Assembly: GCA_977018835.1 (NCBI GenBank)
Contig: OZ361261.1
Span: 992,001-1,056,000, forward strand
DNA: 64,000 nt
Reading direction: 5' to 3'
Origin: Minutocellus sp. GHC0000111
Lineage: Eukaryota
The position numbers were made by a program, and so were the translations under genes. The notes under the pieces are model-generated. The model saw only the letters and a list, made by a program, of their open reading frames with translations, was not told where the DNA came from and made no database searches. Shown here one piece after another: positions 1-11,623 of the stretch (the stretch's first letter is position 1; each line of letters starts with the position of its first letter).

Positions 1-1
1 A

Positions 2-1994
2 CCACCGACCGGTGGCAGCAGCAGCAGCAAGCTCATCGCCCAGAATCTGCGTGACATCATCAACAAAGAGAACATCCCTGCCCCGCCACTGTTGGGGTCG
101 GAATCAGCTCGTCCCCCCAAAGCCCGAAGTGATAAGCCCCCTACAAGGACAGTCGCTGGTCGCAAGATAGGAAGAAGTAAAAAGCAGAAGAAGACCAAGA
201 GATTTACCCTGCCCTTCCTCTTGGGATACGAGAATATGGTTCGTGGTCAAGACAATGCCGATGCCTCCACTCTTACCCATCTGCGACCGGTGTTTGACAA
301 GCTGAGATACATTGGCGGAGATGCCGACGTCCAGCCGGCTGGTATGGGTATGTCTGACGGCAATGATTCCACCACAAGTCTTGGTGGTGGAGACGACCGT
401 AGCACTGGTACCTCGGGAACTTTGGACACCTATGGTACTACCGACCGGAGCGATGCCGACAAGGAATCCGATGCCCTGTCCTACCTGACGTCTCTGTCCA
501 ATCGCATTGACTTGGATGACGGTACACTTCTAACATTTGCGGCGATTGCACAATCCTTGGATGTTCTGACACGCAAGGAGGATGAGATGACGTGCGACAA
601 TAATCTCATGCTCTTGCTTCAGTCAGTTACCGATGCTGTACTGTCTGCATCAACAACACAGGGTGATGAGATTGATGAAGAGTTTCAATGTGATGGTCTT
701 ACATTCACTGAATTCTTCCATGCTTACCAAAGCGTTGTTATTAGCATTCGGGCCATGCGTCGATTTCCCAAAGAGGGCGAGGATCGTAAAGGCCGAACGA
801 GAGACCGAGCCCAGCAGCTCGTGGCTTCTTTCATTCCGAGTGAAATCGTCGTAGAGGAGGAGAATATGGCAGATGTAGACCTGAACGAAAGTGATGACAA
901 GGATATGGAGCAAGAGAAGGCAAGAGAATGGGTGCTTCTGTCAACATGGACCAAGGTACCATCGCCGAGCTCGAGCGCACAATCGAGACGCTCAAAGTAG
1001 AAAAGGAGGAGGCTGTAAATGAGGCAAAGAGGTTTCTCGATAGCAGGCTACAGTCGCTCGAGGTACAAACGAATTCACTCGAGATGCAACTCAAAGATTC
1101 TAAGCGTCAATATTTTGTAAGCACAGGCCAAACGATCAGCCTCTGAAGAGGAACAAGCGCAACTCCAAGAAACTGTGTCTGCTATGACGAAGAGGATAAA
1201 AACTCTGGAGGATGTCATTTGTGAAATAACAAATGAAAAGAAGGCATCCCTCGCGAAGGCACAAGAAGAACTTGATCAGACGACGTCAGTCTTCTCAAAA
1301 AGAATCCAAGCACTTGAAAGTGAGAAGCAGACACTGCTGGAATCAATCACTGCTAGGGATGATATCAATGCAAAAATGATAAGATCCAATGCCAAGAAAA
1401 CGATACTTCTGTGCAGTGCTGTCGCTCTTGCTGCAACTGCGGCTGGGGTTACAGGTACTGGCATGTGGAATAACGTGACTCTTGAAGAAGCACCGACGAT
1501 GAATAATGGGAATGTTTATACTAATTCAGATGAGTTGGAAAGTAACCCAAATGATGTTATCATCATCGGTGAGTCTATTCCAAACCCGACCAGTCATATC
1601 AGTCCTCGCTCGACCCATCATTTCGCGTTGAGAAACAAGATTAAGGTTGGAGGCAGATCGCATAGAGTGGAGAAAAGAAGCCCGAAAAGCACAAGAAAGG
1701 GCAGCATTCCATGAGCAAATGGATGCACCAATTATCTTTTCCCCCGAGACAGCCCCAATTTCCAATTCCAAGACAGCGAATGTCAATCGATTTGGTAAAA
1801 TTCGGAGTCACGTCGTTTCTGTCTTAAGCGGTGCTACTGTGATGGGACTTGCATCGAACATTTTCGCCGAGGGGGGCACATTTCTTGCTGGGGCGAGTGT
1901 GATTGGCAGTCCCATCGTACTTGTGACCTTGGTGGCAGGGATCGCCGCATTTGCTTTAGTTGGTCGTTTTGATGAAAGTTGCGAGAATTTATGA
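2..1994 (+). pseudogene. 5'-truncated, frameshifted paralog of the 5939-8161 gene (coiled-coil and membrane protein of unknown function)
   Basis: The frame is open from the window edge. It shares LPFLLGYExMVRxQD, HLRPxFxKLRYIGGD and GxTFxEF blocks with 5939-8161. Coding continues through ORFs 928-1146, 1175-1714 and 1647-1994, requiring frameshifts near 925, 1118 and 1646. IKxLEADRIEWRKEARKAQE aligns to IRAIGARSKRWMKSAHKCQE of the paralog. The frameshifts may be assembly indels. Confidence 0.7.
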
Positions 1995-2169
1995 GTCCAC
2001 CGAAAGATCAGAGTTCGATTTTTTTTGTGAAATGTATGCACCGGGGGAGTCAAATTGCATTTAAAGTATGAAGTTTTATCATTTCAAAGACCATCGCCGG
2101 TATTTTTAGCTACGTGGCGCTCTGGCTAGCGACTTTATGCTCGACGGTGCCATTAGTACTGCAACCCAA

Positions 2170-3141
2170 CTACTCTCGATCCTTGGGAGGAACTTCCCTG
2201 TCACCAAAAGCGCCATCAAAAATGTCCAGTGACGATCCATCCGACATAATTTGCTTAGCATATAAAGGGTAGAAGGCATCCTCTCCCTTTTCCTTGCCGA
2301 ATTTGCTTCTATTCAATGTAACACCACCGACAACGGTCATCTCAGAAATACCCTCCCCTAGCACACCGGCTCCAATCTGCGACTCAATCTTGGATTTAAT
2401 GGCCTTGTATGCCTGCTTGGCGGCGTCAGCGATGGCCCGATCATCACCAGCCTTGGTGGCATATTCGGAAGTGGCAATGGACTCTTCATCATTCACACGA
2501 CGTTCGACGTAGCCCACCTTGCCTTCCTTGCTTATGCCAACATGAGGTCCGTAAATGAGCACGACATTAATGTCTCGCCCACCAGCACTCTCGCTCAGCT
2601 TCTTTGCCGCCGACGAAATATCCGACATGACGTTGGAGCTGGGCATGCCACCGGATCCACAGTCCAAAGATACCACCCCATCAACTCCGGTGTTGGTCAG
2701 ATCTTTGCCCAACATGCCAGCTAAAGTGTCCGCCATCGGCGTCATATCATCGGAACACGAACACGTCACGACGAGGGTGTTCTTGGGGCCATACTTGGCC
2801 CGCTTCTTGTCGTCAAGATTCTGTTTACGGCGGCTGTCCGAGATGTTCTTGTACTTCAAAGCCGATTCGATCCGAAGTGCTGCGACAGAATTGATGAGCG
2901 ATCCAGGAAAGAACACCTTTCGAGTCTCATCGAAGGGAACAGGTGCACCTACGCCAGCGTTGGCTGGTTCGGTAGGAACGCTAATGATGGCGGCGGATGC
3001 GCATGCGGCACCTGCCGACACGAGGTTGGTCAGGGCATCTCTGCGAGACTGAACGGCGGCAGCGTTGCTATCCGATGGGGGGTTGAAGCTGAACGCTGAT
3101 GCGACGCCCGCGGTAGCGGCAAAAAGGCAGAGGGATCTCAT
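2170..3141 (-). CDS. LCIB/LCIC-family (theta-carbonic anhydrase-like) protein, plastid/thylakoid-lumen targeted
   Basis: Motifs FPGSL, NTLVVTCSCSDD, YGPHVGISKEGKVGYVERR, GGVTLN and DAFYP match the LCIB/theta-CA pattern. The N-terminus MRSLCLFAATAGVASA-F is a signal with ASAF, followed by SRRDAL...hydrophobic...ANA (Tat-like lumen signal). Confidence 0.8.
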   Translation of the reverse strand: MRSLCLFAATAGVASAFSFNPPSDSNAAAVQSRRDALTNLVSAGAACASAAIISVPTEPANAGVGAPVPFDETRKVFFPGSLINSVAALRIESALKYKNISDSRRKQNLDDKKRAKYGPKNTLVVTCSCSDDMTPMADTLAGMLGKDLTNTGVDGVVSLDCGSGGMPSSNVMSDISSAAKKLSESAGGRDINVVLIYGPHVGISKEGKVGYVERRVNDEESIATSEYATKAGDDRAIADAAKQAYKAIKSKIESQIGAGVLGEGISEMTVVGGVTLNRSKFGKEKGEDAFYPLYAKQIMSDGSSLDIFDGAFGDREVPPKDRE

Positions 3142-3377
3142 GACTTGAAGCCAAGATCGCAAGATATGGACGCGACGACGCGATCGCGGCGCGAGCGCGA
3201 TCGCAACCACAGCACCATCTGCCAGCCGGATGACTCGCATACTTTTGGTCGCACTTTCGGTGGCCGGCCGGCGCGCGAAGCAACCGACCGGCGCGCCCAA
3301 CGCGAGCCACTATGGCGGCAAAAATTCAAATTGCCGCCGCTACGTGCAGAACGAAGGCGATATCTCGCGCTGGTGTG

Positions 3378-3456
3378 GGAGAATTACGGCACGAGACCAA
3401 CCAGGTACTCCCGACATCCTGGTGATATTCCCGTTGGTCTCGATCCATAATTCTCC
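3378..3456. repeat. Imperfect inverted repeat/hairpin (24-bp arms)
   Basis: GGAGAATTA-N5-CGAGACCAAC (3378-3401) pairs with GTTGGTCTCG-N5-TAATTCTCC (3433-3456), 21/24 complementary. Confidence 0.8.
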
Positions 3457-5091
3457 ATGAGCAAAAAAAAATAACGGCCGCAATCCCGCGGTCAACGCCG
3501 CAGACAGAGTTGCGGTGCAGGACGCCCTGGCTGAACTACTCGTCCGTCTTCGCAGAAAGGAACTTCATTACTACAATTTCATCTGCAACAACGACTCCTT
3601 GATGAATGTGTTGGGATGCAGTCCCATCATGTACGGCGCCGTCATGTACACTGCGGGCATCTTGGGTTTGAAGAAGAAGTAACACGAAGACTGCGATGTG
3701 TTTTTTGTGTGAGGACAGACAACCAGAATGGATGGGATGAAATGGCATCAAGACACTGCCTTGCCGACGACGTTCAGCGAACCCCATACAAAAAGAGCAT
3801 ATTTGTTCGCCTCGGTTCTATCAATCCTCGTGCAGCCGACGCTCTCCATGATGATGGATGGATGGCTTTCGACATGGTCACGACGGTCGAGCAACAATTT
3901 CGCCTCGAAATGCCGCCGCCGCGGCTCAATTTGACGAAGGCATGTAATGCATTCCTCAAGTCGGTCGCACCACATATATCGGTGGGATATGCGGCGATGG
4001 ACTACGAAATCAACAGGCAGATGTTGCTCGAGGCCCAGAAGTTCCCTGGTGGGTGTGATGGCCAGGACGATGGGTGGGACAATGACGACGATGTTGGGAC
4101 GACGGTGGGCACCCTGACCACGACGGAGGCCGGCGAGATCAGTGAGGACGATGACGACGAAGACGAGGACTATGTGCCCTGTTATGAGGACGAAGCTGAT
4201 ATTGCAAGAGAGGACGCTACACATGAAGCACACATGCAGCAGTGCTTTGAGAAGAATCGTCAGAAGCACGGTGATGGCGAGCCAGAGATGGGAGCTGTCG
4301 ATGATGCCGAGGATGACGACGCCCCTCACTTCCATTTCCTGAAAAAGGCCGGCATTGAGGCGGCCGACTCAGGTAAAATAAGGGCAGTGCTGGCAGAATG
4401 CTGGAGAGCTTTATCTGTTAATGTTTCTGATGGCAACAACAAGAAGAAACCAAGGACAACAGAGTTCATCCACCATAACACCTCCACCAAAGGAACTCTC
4501 CTAGAGCACAATCGCGAGGAAGATGGCATGACGGATGACGACATCAAAGAGCTCTGCAAAGCTTGCTCTAATTTGCTCCACACTCTTGACTCAATATGTT
4601 CCAGGTTTCTGAAATGGTGCATGAAATGGGATGATGAGGCAAAGAAGGCTGTGAGAGAGCTTGAAGCATTGATTGCAAGTGCCCTCAAGCAAGCACGGGC
4701 AATCGGCATTAGCACAACGCCCAAGTGGCACTTACTCGAAGATCACATCTTGGACCAACACATTTGGCTAGTGAAGAATGGATGGGGCGGCATCTATTGG
4801 CTCGACGAATCGTTTGTAGAGCGAGCCCACCAAGAGGGCGTTAAGGAAGATCGTCGGACTCAGGGCGTCAAGGGATGTGAGGCCCAACAGACGGCGCAGT
4901 TCAAGGCTGAGGAGAGGGCATCCAATCCAAAGGTCGAGGAGAGGCGGGAGCGAAACTCTCGGGTGGCAAGAACAAGGAAAAGGACAAGGACCGAAGCTGT
5001 TAAAGCAGAAACTGATGACAAGCGCCAACAAATGATCATGATGGCCACCGATGGAGATGAGGATGTAGAGATGGGAGCAGGGCATGTATGA
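3457..5091 (+). mobile_element. Decayed DDE transposase, Transib/Chapaev (RAG1-related)-like C-terminal part
   Basis: TTPKWHLLEDH...GWGGIYWLDESFVERAHQ fits the TPKxHxxxxH...ExxH motif. The 5' part from ATG 3457 is broken by a poly-A frameshift and stops near 3680-3710. The N-terminal catalytic Asp region appears deleted. Confidence 0.55.
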
Positions 5092-5938
5092 AATTAGAAA
5101 ATGAAATTGCACTACTGCTGCACAACAACAAATGAATTGCATGGTCCAACTTTTACAAACAGTGTCGCGATTGAGCAAAAAAGTAAATAGTACACCCAAA
5201 CAAACACATCACGTCCTTCTTACCTCACCCATTTATCTCCCAGACCAAAAAGTCCCTTTGTCGGGTTGATTGTTGCATAAACTTATCCCAACACTATCTG
5301 TCTCCTCTCGGGCGCAAAATTATTGTCGTCGGAATTCCGGGAGGTCGAGTGGGGATGCGATCGGTCGGGATCAGCGAGAGTCGGTCATGCGGGGGGTGCG
5401 GCGCAATCCCGGCAGTTTATCATCAACAACAACGTGGGAAAGTACCAGAGGGTCTGGGGCATCACAACGGGAGCACGACGAGCACAAAGACGGAGCAATG
5501 GTACCACCCCAGAGAAACGAACGGCCGACAGATGGAGGAAAAGTAGGCCGATGGTTCGTGGCGTTGACACGCAGCGGAGGCCAATCTGAGGATACAGTAA
5601 GCTTCAACTATATCCAAACATGATAATGAATGCGTATTTGGTACGAAAAATATAGTTATACGCCGGCGCAACGCCGACGGACCACCATGGTGTTGGACGG
5701 TCAAAGAATGGGTGACGAACGAGATTGGGTTTTGGTGGGTTTCTTCGTGACGTGTTCGTCTTCTGCCGAAAAACGCTTCATCCGATGGGCGAAACAAGAC
5801 GAGATGGGGCTGTGCGACGCGAAGAGATCGTTGCGTCTGTACGTCGCCTCTTTCTCTGTTTCTGGCAACAACGGCCAAATCGGCACAAGTTCGGTATCTT
5901 CGTCGAGAACCTGCTCTCAACAAAGTGGTTCCACGACC

Positions 5939-8161
5939 ATGTTCTCACCAATGTTCCCTTCATTAGGTGATTTCATGGAGGGTGCTGCGAAGAATTCGGG
6001 CAGGGTCGGCCCTTCTTCGTCGTCCACGCCGCAGCGAAAGAAAACGTCAAAGTCGAATCTTTCTCGCCAAGAATCTTCGAGCAACGACAATCTGTGCCAT
6101 CAGAAGCAAACGGCTCCAGCCACCCCACCCCAGGTTGAGCCTGCCGATCTAATGACGCCGCCCGTGGCGATCGTTCATACTGGCAAGAAGAAGCAGCGTT
6201 CGCTCGCCAAGGCTGCCGCCAGTAACAAGGAACGCAACGATGTGATCAGCGGCAGCGGAGGCAGTGGTACAACGCTCACTTCGGCCGCAACAGAAGAAAC
6301 ATGTACAGTCGACGAAGTCTCGCCCATGGGAAGTGAGGGCGCCGACGAATCCGTCCCCACTTCTTCACCGACCAACCTCGAGAAGATTCTCGGCATGGAG
6401 GATGATATCGCACCCCTCCCCAAAACCAAGAAGAAGGGCAACAAACCACCCAAAACTTCTCGAAGAAGTAACACGTCGAGCAATAGCAAAACTTCTGCAA
6501 AATCTGCAGCAGCCAAGTCGGCTCTGCCCTTCCTACTTGGATACGAGCAGATGGTCCGCACTCAGGATGCCGAGGATTGGGCCACGGCGGTGCATCTTCG
6601 GCCTATATTTGCCAAGCTCCGATACATCGGAGGCGATACCACAGTAGCGCCTACAATGCCGTCATCAGCGGCAAAGAAGAGCGGCAATGCCCTGCCCACC
6701 AGCATCATAGGCAATTCCGATGCCTCGGTAACCAGCACTGGCACATATGGGACGACACTGACCACGGACCGGACCGATGCCGAGCGCGAGGCCGATGCCC
6801 TGTCATATCTCTCGTCGTACAGTGGCCAGCACGTGGACAAATGCGATGGGACCGTCCTGTCGTTTTCGGCCATTGCCGTTTCGCTCTCCCTGTTGTCGTC
6901 GAAGAAACCCAACGAAGAGGAAATGACGCTCGATCGATCGCTCGTGCTTCTGCTTCAAACAATTGTGGAAGCGACGGCTGAGACGGAGGACATTGCCTCC
7001 AGTGGTGGTATTACCTTTCCCGAATTTCTGCACGGCTACAAGACGATAACGAATGCCATGCAGACCATTCAGCGATTTCCCTCGACCACAACCGAGGGAC
7101 AGCATCACAAGGCTCAGACCAGGGATCGAGCTCATCAGATGATCCAGTCGTTTGTGCGTGTACCAACAATGATCCAGGTGCCTGTTGATGTTGATAAGCC
7201 AAAAGATGAGGTATTTGGTGAAGCAATTGACGAGACGAATGTCATCAAACCAGTGCAAGAAAGAGAAGTCGCTTCGACCAACCCAGTGAAGGTAGCACTA
7301 CTGCATGTGGTCGTGGCATTGGTCTGTGGAACCGGGGCCAGCACAATGTGGGCTAACTATGTTCCATCTCGGAATGAGATGCAATCGCCGGTGGATGCAA
7401 ATGCTGTCGACGAGAGTGAATTCGTATCATTTGAACCAGAGGAAGAGGAGGCAGAGCTACATGTAGAGGCACAACAGCTTCTTGCTTTCAGCCAACGTTC
7501 TGTTGAGCACTTTGGGCTTCGGAAGGAGATTCGCGCCATCGGTGCAAGGAGTAAGCGCTGGATGAAGTCTGCTCATAAGTGCCAAGAATCATTTGAGATA
7601 TTGCAGAATGATTACGAAGAAGCTTCTCTCACAATTATGGAGTTGGTGGATAAGCATGAAGAGCAGCATGAATGCATCCCGCCTGAAATCAATGACGACG
7701 AAGTTATGGATGTTACAATTTCCGCCGACATCGTTCAGAGCATTGATGAATTCCAGCCGAAGAAGCAGAAGGGACATGTCAAGACGCACATAGTATCGGC
7801 CATGGGCGGGGCAGCCCTCACAACGTTGGCCTCCAAGGTCCTCGTGGAAGGTTCGACCAAGGTCATCAGTGCAGCTGCTGCGAGTCCCTTGGCGCTGGCG
7901 ATGGGGACCGCCCGGCGTCAAATCTTGTCTGTTCTTGGAGGGGCTACCATGTCATCGCTGGCTACCAGAACCTTGGTCGAGGGTACGGCCAAGGTCGTTA
8001 CCAGAACCGCTGCGAATTCTCTGGCTATTGTGAGGGTTGTTGGCGCAGCTGTTGGCAGCAGTCCCTTTGCATTGGTCATGACGGTTGGCACCTTGGCACT
8101 TGTCATCGCTTCTGTGGTGGAAAATAACAACGCTGGCATTGGAGAGTTGGTTAATGCATGA
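5939..8161 (+). CDS. Hypothetical protein with degenerate EF-hand-like motif, internal TM segment, coiled coil and hydrophobic C-terminus
   Basis: Long ORF with likely start MFSPMF at 5939. It contains GGITFPEFLHGY, a TM-like VALLHVVVALVCG and duplicated hydrophobic C-terminal segments. Paralog at 2-1994. Confidence 0.75.
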   Translation: MFSPMFPSLGDFMEGAAKNSGRVGPSSSSTPQRKKTSKSNLSRQESSSNDNLCHQKQTAPATPPQVEPADLMTPPVAIVHTGKKKQRSLAKAAASNKERNDVISGSGGSGTTLTSAATEETCTVDEVSPMGSEGADESVPTSSPTNLEKILGMEDDIAPLPKTKKKGNKPPKTSRRSNTSSNSKTSAKSAAAKSALPFLLGYEQMVRTQDAEDWATAVHLRPIFAKLRYIGGDTTVAPTMPSSAAKKSGNALPTSIIGNSDASVTSTGTYGTTLTTDRTDAEREADALSYLSSYSGQHVDKCDGTVLSFSAIAVSLSLLSSKKPNEEEMTLDRSLVLLLQTIVEATAETEDIASSGGITFPEFLHGYKTITNAMQTIQRFPSTTTEGQHHKAQTRDRAHQMIQSFVRVPTMIQVPVDVDKPKDEVFGEAIDETNVIKPVQEREVASTNPVKVALLHVVVALVCGTGASTMWANYVPSRNEMQSPVDANAVDESEFVSFEPEEEEAELHVEAQQLLAFSQRSVEHFGLRKEIRAIGARSKRWMKSAHKCQESFEILQNDYEEASLTIMELVDKHEEQHECIPPEINDDEVMDVTISADIVQSIDEFQPKKQKGHVKTHIVSAMGGAALTTLASKVLVEGSTKVISAAAASPLALAMGTARRQILSVLGGATMSSLATRTLVEGTAKVVTRTAANSLAIVRVVGAAVGSSPFALVMTVGTLALVIASVVENNNAGIGELVNA

Positions 8162-8382
8162 GCTTTCTACATTTTAATGGTTAAATGTAAAGTACTTCTG
8201 AAATACTGGTATACCGACCGTAGACATGAATGTCATCACGCAACGCTCTGTGTTGGACAGTCCGGGAGAGAGCAGCCAACCAAGGAGGTTGGCCAGGCGT
8301 ATTTTTAGCAGGTACGGTACGTACGTAAGTGGCCGGCTTGCTCTCCGCGCCCTTTTCATGTTTCAGCATTTTTCCAAGCAAG

Positions 8383-11300
8383 ATGACCGACCCCGCCGAT
8401 GCTGGTACCGCCTCCGCGGCGGGCGCACCCCGCCGCTACGCGGTGCTGTACTACAAGCGCAAGAAGAAGGTGCACAAGCAAAAGGGCGTGTCGAAGGAGG
8501 ATGGAATCTTGGTGGTGGAACCACCGCCGAGCTGCAAAGTGTCGCTGTTTGAAGATGACGGCATGTCCATGCACGGCGGCAAGACCAAGAAGAAGTCGGC
8601 CACCCCCGTCACGTCGGGGATCAACTGGACCATCTCCAAGAAGGCCTTTGGTGTCGTTGATTCCAAAAGCGGCGCTGGAAATGTGTTCGAGCTGGGCCCG
8701 AACGGGTTGGCCGATGGGGATATCGTGGAAATGAGCAGCGCCGCGTTGGACTGTGAGATAACGGCCGTACTGGACGGCGGCGGAGGCGGCGCAGCTGCTC
8801 CCATGGGAGCTGCAAATGGCGGCGCCATCAAATCATTGGGCGGACTCAAAAAGCCAGCTCTAGGCAGTCTAGGCGGTGGTGGAGGCCTCAAGAAACGACC
8901 TGGCGGTCTCGGTGGTGGCATGAGCAAGGGTGGTATCGGCCTTGGCGGCAAGGCAGGCGCTGTTCGAGGTCTGGTCAGTAGAAAGCCAACCAACCCTCTT
9001 CTCGCTGGACGCAAACGACCGCTCGGTGGTCTTGGAAGTGGTACTGCTGGAGGCACTGGACTCGGGAGAGGTCTGGTTGGGCGCCGGCCACCTCCTCAGC
9101 CCAAGAGAAAGGACGACGATAATGATAATCGTAAGGGCAGCAATGACGGTGAGGAGGATGACGATGACGACGATGAGATGGATGGATCCAGCGGCATGGA
9201 GAACATGACCGAGGCCAAGGCCAATGCTGCCAATGGCAGGAAAGGATTGCTGAGCCGAGACCCCTCATCTTTCCTGGCCGGTGGCGGTAAGAAACGTCGC
9301 ATTGTCAGCGGACGTGGACTCGGTGCCACGGCGGCATCTGCCGGTGCAAGCACTACTAGTAGTACAGCTGCTGGTTCTATTTCCGCTGCCGATTCCTTCC
9401 CCGGTGCCATCGGCACCATCATTGCCCCGGCCTCCATCCGGGGCATCCTCCGTCCTCATCAGAGGGAGGGCGTTACCTTCCTGTGGAACTGTTTGACAGG
9501 TGCCTCGCCCGATCTGCAACGTGTGGCCGAGGAAAGTGGTGCTGGACTGGCCGCTTCCAAAGGTGCCATATTGGCCGATGAGATGGGTGAGTTTCATTCC
9601 TACATGTTTGTCTTCATGCTTTTTGTTACGTGCCTACATTTGTACTTGTGACCCCATAATCTCTAACATTGATTCTTTCATATAATAATGAAATATCAGG
9701 GCTAGGCAAGACGCTAATGACAATCACTACCATGTTTGCCCTGCATAGGCGCAATCGTGACCACCGATTCATCGTGGTATGTCCCAGTTCGTTAGTTTCC
9801 AATTGGTCCAAGGAATTTGATAAGTGGATTAGCAAGGCATCGCAGCCTAAGCGTGTGGTGATTCGTAAGGGAGGCGAAGAAGGGCAGCGTGCCATCAAGG
9901 CATTTGTCCCAGTTAAGCCAAACATGAGTGAAATCTTGATTGTGAGCTACGAGCTCTTCCGGATGAATATATCGGAGCTCAAGAAGGCCGACCAGATTGG
10001 TCTGCTCGTGGTTGACGAAGGTCATCGGCTCAAGAATACGGCCGGCTCACAGACATTGTCGGCTCTGAACGCCTTGCGCTGTGAGGCCCGTCTCCTAATC
10101 ACTGGAACACCAATACAGAACAATCTGTCCGAGTTCCACAACGTCGCCAACTTTGTTTGCCCTGGCGTTTTGTCCGGTTTGAACACGTTCCGCCGTACCT
10201 ATGAGCGTCCCATTAACGCATCGAACAACAAGGCCGCAACATCCGACCAGAAGGCCAAGGCACGTTCTCTGTCAAAGTCTCTCGATAGAATTACTTCAAC
10301 CTTTATGCTTCGTCGGCTTCAGCGCGATGTCCTCAAGGAGCATCTACCTCCCCGATCGGAAATGTTGCTTTTCTGCCGTCCGTCCGAAAGGCAGAAGCAA
10401 GAGTATATTGCCCTAACGAAGGGAGTCAGAGGTGGCGCCGGGCCCAGTGGTGCTGGTGTATCGGCTGATGCTCTTACTCTTCTCATGAAGGTTCGGAAGC
10501 TGTGCTCACATCCTTACCTACTAAATGACAAGGACGATGACCCCATCGCCGCAAAGAGATCGGCCACTGCCGACAATGGTGGCAAGTGCGAGCATGTAGC
10601 ATTGTCCGGAAAGTTGTCGGTTCTGGAGTCCCTCCTATCGTCTATCCGATCTGAGGCCCCATGCGATAAGGTTGTGATCATCTCCAACTTTACATCCGCG
10701 CTCTCCGTCATCGAGCAGGCAATCCTTCAGAGACGAGGTTGGTCATCTCTTCGTCTAGATGGAACCACGGAACAGAATGCTCGCCAGACCCTCGTGGATT
10801 CGTTTAATCGTGGCTCGGTCGATCAAAGCTTTGTATTCCTCCTCAGTTCCAAGGCCGGAGGTTGCGGACTCAATTTGATTGGTGCAAATCGACTCGTCAT
10901 GTTTGACTGGTAAGTATGATGATACTAAGGTCACGGGAATGTGTCTTGTGTATCGTCATGTATTTTTCTCATTTTATCTTTGTTACTGCCCTTGTCATCA
11001 GCGATTGGAATCCTGCCACTGATATGCAGGCGATGGCGAGGGTTTATCGTCAGGGACAGAAAAAGCCTTGTTATATCTATCGAATGTTTACCAGTGGTAC
11101 CGTCGAGGAAGTTGTGTACCAGAGGCAGACTCAGAAGCAAAATCTTTCTACTCTAACCGTCGATGGGAAAGGATCTTCCAAGAAAAGTGCAGGCTTTACC
11201 AAAGAGGAGCTTCAGGATTGCTTTACTCTCAAGGCCGACTGCTCTTGTGATACAAAGCGCAAGGTCGGTAGTAAGTGGAGTGAATACGAAGGCGCCGAAT

Positions 11301-11623
11301 CTCTCCGTGACGAAGGCTGCACTGACGCGGCGCTCCTCTCTGTTGCAGAGGAATACAGTGGCGTTCTTGGATTCGTTCACATTGTTCCAGAAGAAGAGTC
11401 CAAAGTAGAGGGAGAAGGAGGAGGTGACAACGATGACTATGAAGACGAATTCAGTAGCGAAGAGGAATTTGATGATGATTTTGCGGTGGCTTCCAAACGG
11501 AGTACCAGGGCAAAGACCGGATTTCTAGATGAAGCTATTTTGGACGATGATGAGGAGAGCGAAGAGGAGGATGAGGATGAGGAGGAGCACGAATATTCGT
11601 CGGAGGAAGAATTCGAAGGGTGA
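8383..11623 (+). CDS. RAD54B: RAD54/RAD54B-like SNF2-family DNA translocase (3 exons: 8383-9586, 9700-10909, 11002-11623)
   Basis: LRPHQREG, DEMGLGKT (restored across intron 9587-9699), DEGHRLKN, TGTPIQNNL, LLSSKAGGCGLNLIGANRL and FDCDWNPA..QAMARVYRQGQ (across intron 10910-11001). The N-terminal YAVLYYKRK..EDGILVV resembles the RAD54B/Rdh54 N-domain. The subfamily call is tentative. Confidence 0.9.

Noticed and set aside
3303..5697. Target-site duplication for the transposon relic
   Set aside because: The flanks CGAGC and TTGGA do not match, so the element ends remain tentative.
5630..5938. N-terminal extensions given by the ORF track (also 3142-3300, 11859-12056, 46409-46597, 52585-52713, 59867-60022)
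   Set aside because: They look like UTR/promoter sequence; downstream ATGs give proper targeting signals or better contexts.
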